Of a stretch of 64,000 bases of DNA, positions 60,240 through 64,000 are shown one piece after another. Within the stretch, counting starts at the first letter, position 1; every line of letters starts with the position of its first letter. This stretch comes from Candidatus Thorarchaeota archaeon SMTZ1-45 (lineage in GTDB: Archaea; Asgardarchaeota; Thorarchaeia; Thorarchaeales; Thorarchaeaceae). The stretch is from contig LRSL01000086.1 in assembly GCA_001563335.1 (NCBI GenBank), positions 1-64,000 of the forward strand, in the 5' to 3' direction. The translations under genes and the position numbers were made by a program. The notes beneath the pieces are model-generated. The model saw only the letters and a list, made by a program, of their open reading frames with translations. It was not told the DNA's origin and searched no databases.

Positions 60240-60639
60240 TCTGGTTTCCCAGTACTGTAAATATTTTCGACAGGAACAGATAATGTCGATTATAGGTGTT
60301 TTGATATTGCGTTTAAAGGATGTGAATAGTGATTCACACTACGAGTAGCATTTAAAGAGATTAAGTGATTATTTAATAAAGAGCTAATAAAACTTGAAAA
60401 TGACTTAAAATATCTATTATGCCTATTTTCCCCCTTATAAGGCAAAAGATTCGTAATACTAATAAGTGGAAAATCCTGTTTTTAATGTTAGAAAGAAGGA
60501 CGAAAAACACGCATACAGGTCTAATATTCATAGACCGTCGATGTTCATAGGCGTTCCATTGACGCTAATAATTAATAGTAACGGACCAAGCGCAAATGTC
60601 CTGCTTATCAATACCAAAATGCTGAATCCGCTACAATAG

Positions 60640-60843
60640 GTGATATACATGAAGGAAAAACTGAGAGAGAGGTTACCAATTATCGAGTGGCCTGATATAG
60701 AGAGAAGAATGGCAATAATATCACGAATGACGAGTGAACCCCCAGCTAAAACACAGAAAAAAGAGAGTCCAGAGCTAGTAGAGAGGACTGATATTCCATC
60801 TCCTTTCTCAGGTGAATCTTCAGAGATTGAAAGGAAAATCTAG
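60640..60843 (+). CDS. small hypothetical protein upstream of the kamA-like gene (likely ATG 60649)
   Basis: AGGTGA RBS; ends 17 nt before the kamA-like start. Confidence 0.55.
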   Translation: MIYMKEKLRERLPIIEWPDIERRMAIISRMTSEPPAKTQKKESPELVERTDIPSPFSGESSEIERKI

Positions 60844-60860
60844 GCAAGTGTTGGGATAGT

Positions 60861-61970
60861 ATGAGCTGGGATCTACTTCTAGAAGACAGTATATCAACTG
60901 TTGAGGATTTAGCTGATTATTTGCATGTGAACGACAAAGACAAAGCTGTATTGAAGGAAATCTGTCAGGATCATCCACTAAGGATATCTAAATACTACCT
61001 ATCTTTGATTGACAAAGAGGATGCTGAAGATCCCATTAAGAAACTGGCTGTACCTCTAACTCATGAGAGTTATTTGGAGGGGAGCTATGACACGAGCGGT
61101 GAAAAGGTAAATACCGTTTTACCCGGATTGCAGCATAAGTACAAAGAAACTGCTGTAATTCTATCGACAAATGAATGCGCCATGTATTGTCGACATTGTT
61201 TTCGAAAGCGATTGGTTGGATTGAATACTGATGAAGTTGTTCAAGACATTCAAATCGTAGCAGATTACATTGAGAAACATAAAGAGATTAGCAACGTTCT
61301 CATCACTGGAGGCGATCCTTTTGTATTGCCAAATGGTCGCATACAAGAGTTTCTAGAAGTTTTGACAGAAATAGAGCATCTTGATTTTATAAGATTTGGA
61401 ACAAGAGTTCCTGTCACTTTCCCCCAAAGAATTCTTTCAGACGAGAATCTAATAGAGATTCTGGAATCCTATTCCAAAAAGAAGAAACATCTGTATATAG
61501 TCACTCAGTTCAATCATTCTCGAGAAATAACTAAAGAATCAATTGAGGCCTGCAATCGTCTTCAAGATGTAGGAATACTAGTCAGTAATCAGACTGTGCT
61601 TTTGAGAGGTGTCAATGATGATTCAGAAACAATGGCACAACTACAAAGGGGTCTTGTGCGAATTGGTGTAGTGCCATATTACGTATTTCAATGTCGACCT
61701 GTGAAACGGGTGAAAAGGCACTTCCAAGTTCCACTTTATGAGGCTTGCAAGATAATGGAAGAAACACATGCCAAGTTAGATGGACATACTAAGAGGTTTC
61801 GTTTCATTATGTCACATCCAACTGGGAAGATTGAGATTCTAGGTATCGATGGAAACCAATTCCTCTTCAAATATCATCAAGCCAAGGATTCCAGAGATTA
61901 TGGTAAGATTTTCACTAGGAAAGTTGACAAGACATCTGCTTGGTTAGACGATTTAGAAATTGACACGTGA
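60861..61970 (+). CDS. kamA: KamA-family radical SAM aminomutase (lysine 2,3-aminomutase-like)
   Basis: GLQHKY, CAMYCRHCFRKR, TGGDP, RFGTRVP, NQTVLLRGVND, PYY. Confidence 0.85.
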   Translation: MSWDLLLEDSISTVEDLADYLHVNDKDKAVLKEICQDHPLRISKYYLSLIDKEDAEDPIKKLAVPLTHESYLEGSYDTSGEKVNTVLPGLQHKYKETAVILSTNECAMYCRHCFRKRLVGLNTDEVVQDIQIVADYIEKHKEISNVLITGGDPFVLPNGRIQEFLEVLTEIEHLDFIRFGTRVPVTFPQRILSDENLIEILESYSKKKKHLYIVTQFNHSREITKESIEACNRLQDVGILVSNQTVLLRGVNDDSETMAQLQRGLVRIGVVPYYVFQCRPVKRVKRHFQVPLYEACKIMEETHAKLDGHTKRFRFIMSHPTGKIEILGIDGNQFLFKYHQAKDSRDYGKIFTRKVDKTSAWLDDLEIDT

Positions 61971-62002
61971 TTAGCACTTTGTGTTTACTATGTTCAACCT
62001 GA

Positions 62003-63004
62003 TTAGTGTGTCTTTATATCAAGCTCTCGAACAAGCTCTTTGTACCTGTTCCGGACAGTAACTTCAGTCACTCCTGCTGCAGATGCAATCTCTCGTTGTG
62101 TCACTTTATTATTAGTGAGAATAGATGCGATGTAAAGAGCTCCAGCAGCTATTCCTCGAGGGTCACGTCCTATGAGTAATCTACCGTGGTCTTTTGCATC
62201 CTTTAGCACATCTAAAACAGTTTCTTGCATCACTCCTGGTAATTCAAGCTCTGTTATTAGCTTTGGAACATAGTTCATTGGATCTGGGATAGGCAATCGC
62301 AGTTTGAGTTTCCGTACTAAAAACCGGTAATATCGACCAATTACTTTCCATTCGATGTGTGTGTGTCGACCAATTTCCTTTAATGATCGGGGGATTTCTC
62401 TCAGACGAAATGAAGCATATATTGATGCAGCTGCAAGTGCATCAATGGACCGACTTCGTACTTTTTTCTTAACTATGAGCCTTCTGTACAACATAGCTGC
62501 GAGTTCACTGACACTCTTTTTAAGACCCAGCTGAGAAGACAGTCTCTCAATTTCGGACAATGCTCTTGAGAGGTTTGTTTCGGCAGAACTGTGAACTCTA
62601 CTACGAATCTGCCATTTCCGTAGTCGAGATATTTTGGCTCTTCTCTCTGATGAAAACCTCTTGCCTGAAGAGTCCTTATTTCTCCAATCTATTATGGTGG
62701 ATAAGCCTTTATCATGAAACATGAGTTTTACAGGGCTTCCAGCCCTCGCTCGAGACTTCCTTTCATCAGCTGTGAAAGCTCTCCATTCTGGTCCATTATC
62801 GATTCGGCGATCACTTATCACAAGACCACACATAGCACAAACTGTTTCTCCGGTCTTTGTTTTTCGAATAGCCTTTTTCGAACCACATTCAGAACATGCA
62901 TCAGTAGTTGATGTTGTATCAGCTTTGTTCAATCTTCTGCTAGTTGCATTGGAACCCATTATCGAAATACTACCACCTGCGACGTCGTCTGCCATAACGA
63001 TCAT
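62003..63004 (-). CDS. tfb: transcription initiation factor IIB (TFB)
   Basis: CSECG...CAMCG Zn ribbon, IDNGPEWRAF, HDKGLST, two cyclin repeats, VTEVTVRNRYKEL. Confidence 0.95.
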   Translation of the reverse strand: MIVMADDVAGGSISIMGSNATSRRLNKADTTSTTDACSECGSKKAIRKTKTGETVCAMCGLVISDRRIDNGPEWRAFTADERKSRARAGSPVKLMFHDKGLSTIIDWRNKDSSGKRFSSERRAKISRLRKWQIRSRVHSSAETNLSRALSEIERLSSQLGLKKSVSELAAMLYRRLIVKKKVRSRSIDALAAASIYASFRLREIPRSLKEIGRHTHIEWKVIGRYYRFLVRKLKLRLPIPDPMNYVPKLITELELPGVMQETVLDVLKDAKDHGRLLIGRDPRGIAAGALYIASILTNNKVTQREIASAAGVTEVTVRNRYKELVRELDIKTH

Positions 63005-63500
63005 ATCTTGAGTTTCGGTCGCGGCTTCTTCTTACAGAGTAAATAGCCTCACCGGAATCTCCTTTCCTATCATAAGGCTGATAGTAATGTCGTGGTCTTG
63101 GGCTTCGATAATCCTTCGTAGACATGTCAACATCATGGTTGACGTTTTCAATATCGTTCTCAGCTTTTTTGATTTCACTGTGACGACCTATCTTTAACTG
63201 CAGATTTCCTCTAAAGAAGCCTGTATACCCATTCTCAAGTTTATAGGTTGTTCCAATCTCAATTTTCTCTATTTTGTCATTCCATAGTGGAAGTTTTACT
63301 ATACCAGTTTCATCTCCAACAGTGGCATCAGCGACTCGATGAGTTTCAAATGTGCGACGGGATGTTACTTCTCTCACTTCACCTTTTTCTAAAACCTTGA
63401 AAATCAAATCCACATGTTTCATTCGTGGTTTTAATTCCTCAATCTTTATCTCGTTAGAGTCTTTGGTCTTTGTTTCATCATTTTCAATTTCAGAAGTCAT
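62970..63500 (-). CDS. ssb: single OB-fold ssDNA-binding protein with Arg-rich tail
   Basis: KIEELKP, VADATVGDETG, LWN, ENGY...GNLQLKIGR. Confidence 0.88.
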   Translation of the reverse strand: MTSEIENDETKTKDSNEIKIEELKPRMKHVDLIFKVLEKGEVREVTSRRTFETHRVADATVGDETGIVKLPLWNDKIEKIEIGTTYKLENGYTGFFRGNLQLKIGRHSEIKKAENDIENVNHDVDMSTKDYRSPRPRHYYQPYDRKGDSGEAIYSVRRSRDRNSRYDRYGRRRRRW

Positions 63501-64000
63501 TCAAATCACTTACACCAAATCAAGGGACGTCTAAACTACAATCACGAAGTTAATTCCTATGTAATTCGACACGGAAATCATCAAATGCAACGACCCTTCA
63601 TTATCATTAATTCGCAGATTGCCTTTTTAAATGTCAGCCTATGTAAAGCACTGATATTGTCATTTTTGAATAAAATGGATTTAATAAATCCAAAAATACT
63701 GAAAATAACTCTATTATATCCGAAATATTCATATCTCTTCTCTACTCGAAACACAAGAGAAGAGAAACTCACTAACGAACCCTATGCCATGCACCACTGG
63801 ACAGGAGATTCAGTATTGTGTAGGAATCAGGCGCAGGTGTCAAGTTTGTGTGTTGGTAATAAGAACAACCAATGCAAATACTCTAGCCTCATTGGGTTCG
63901 AGTAGAATGAAGGTGAAAAATATTGAAGCACACATCAGGAGAGATTATTGCAGCTCAAATTGCAAACATCCCAAATAGCAATCGTGGTTATGGATATATT

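Noticed and set aside
60621-60629. GCTGAATCC as the start of a ydaO (c-di-AMP) riboswitch
   Set aside because: The downstream GGGGGA and pseudo-symmetric elements are absent; an RBS and ORF follow immediately
63581-63978. Short ORFs at the right edge
   Set aside because: AT-rich, overlapping in several frames, with no recognisable motifs; likely promoter or intergenic sequence
1-64000. CRISPR array, tRNA genes, transposases or integrases
   Set aside because: No regularly spaced direct repeats, cloverleaf signatures or DDE/HUH/tyrosine-recombinase motifs seen by eye

Overview
Archaeal chromosomal window, most consistent with an Asgard archaeon (Thorarchaeia-like). This is inferred from TFB, archaeal TATA/BRE and GGAGGTGA ribosome-binding sites, a Rab-like GTPase, a WD40 protein and an archaeal 23S 5' end. 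The window opens on the 5' end of a 23S rRNA gene (minus strand) with no 16S upstream; it has a ~440-nt structured leader and a bacterial-type RNase PH gene immediately upstream. The remainder is mostly metabolic and housekeeping: serS, tkt, acs, intein-containing nrdJ, mgtA, kamA-like, nth, Mig-like glycosylase, two orphan amino-methyltransferases, F420/LLM oxidoreductases, a NifX/MinD-ferredoxin cluster and MFS transporters. I saw no CRISPR array, tRNA or intact transposase. The most unusual items are: (i) an ORF resembling the N-terminal WED/REC half of TnpB/Cas12f with no RuvC, coupled to an MNT-HEPN-like gene; (ii) three micro-peptide loci largely missed by the ORF track, namely a poly-acidic plus poly-basic pair, two tandem peptides sharing STDALxxxYxYR, and a structured-RNA/small-ORF unit divergent from two double Lrp-like proteins; (iii) a threonine-synthase homologue lacking its PLP lysine and fused to a PadR-like wHTH. 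All family assignments are by eye from motifs; no searches were run.
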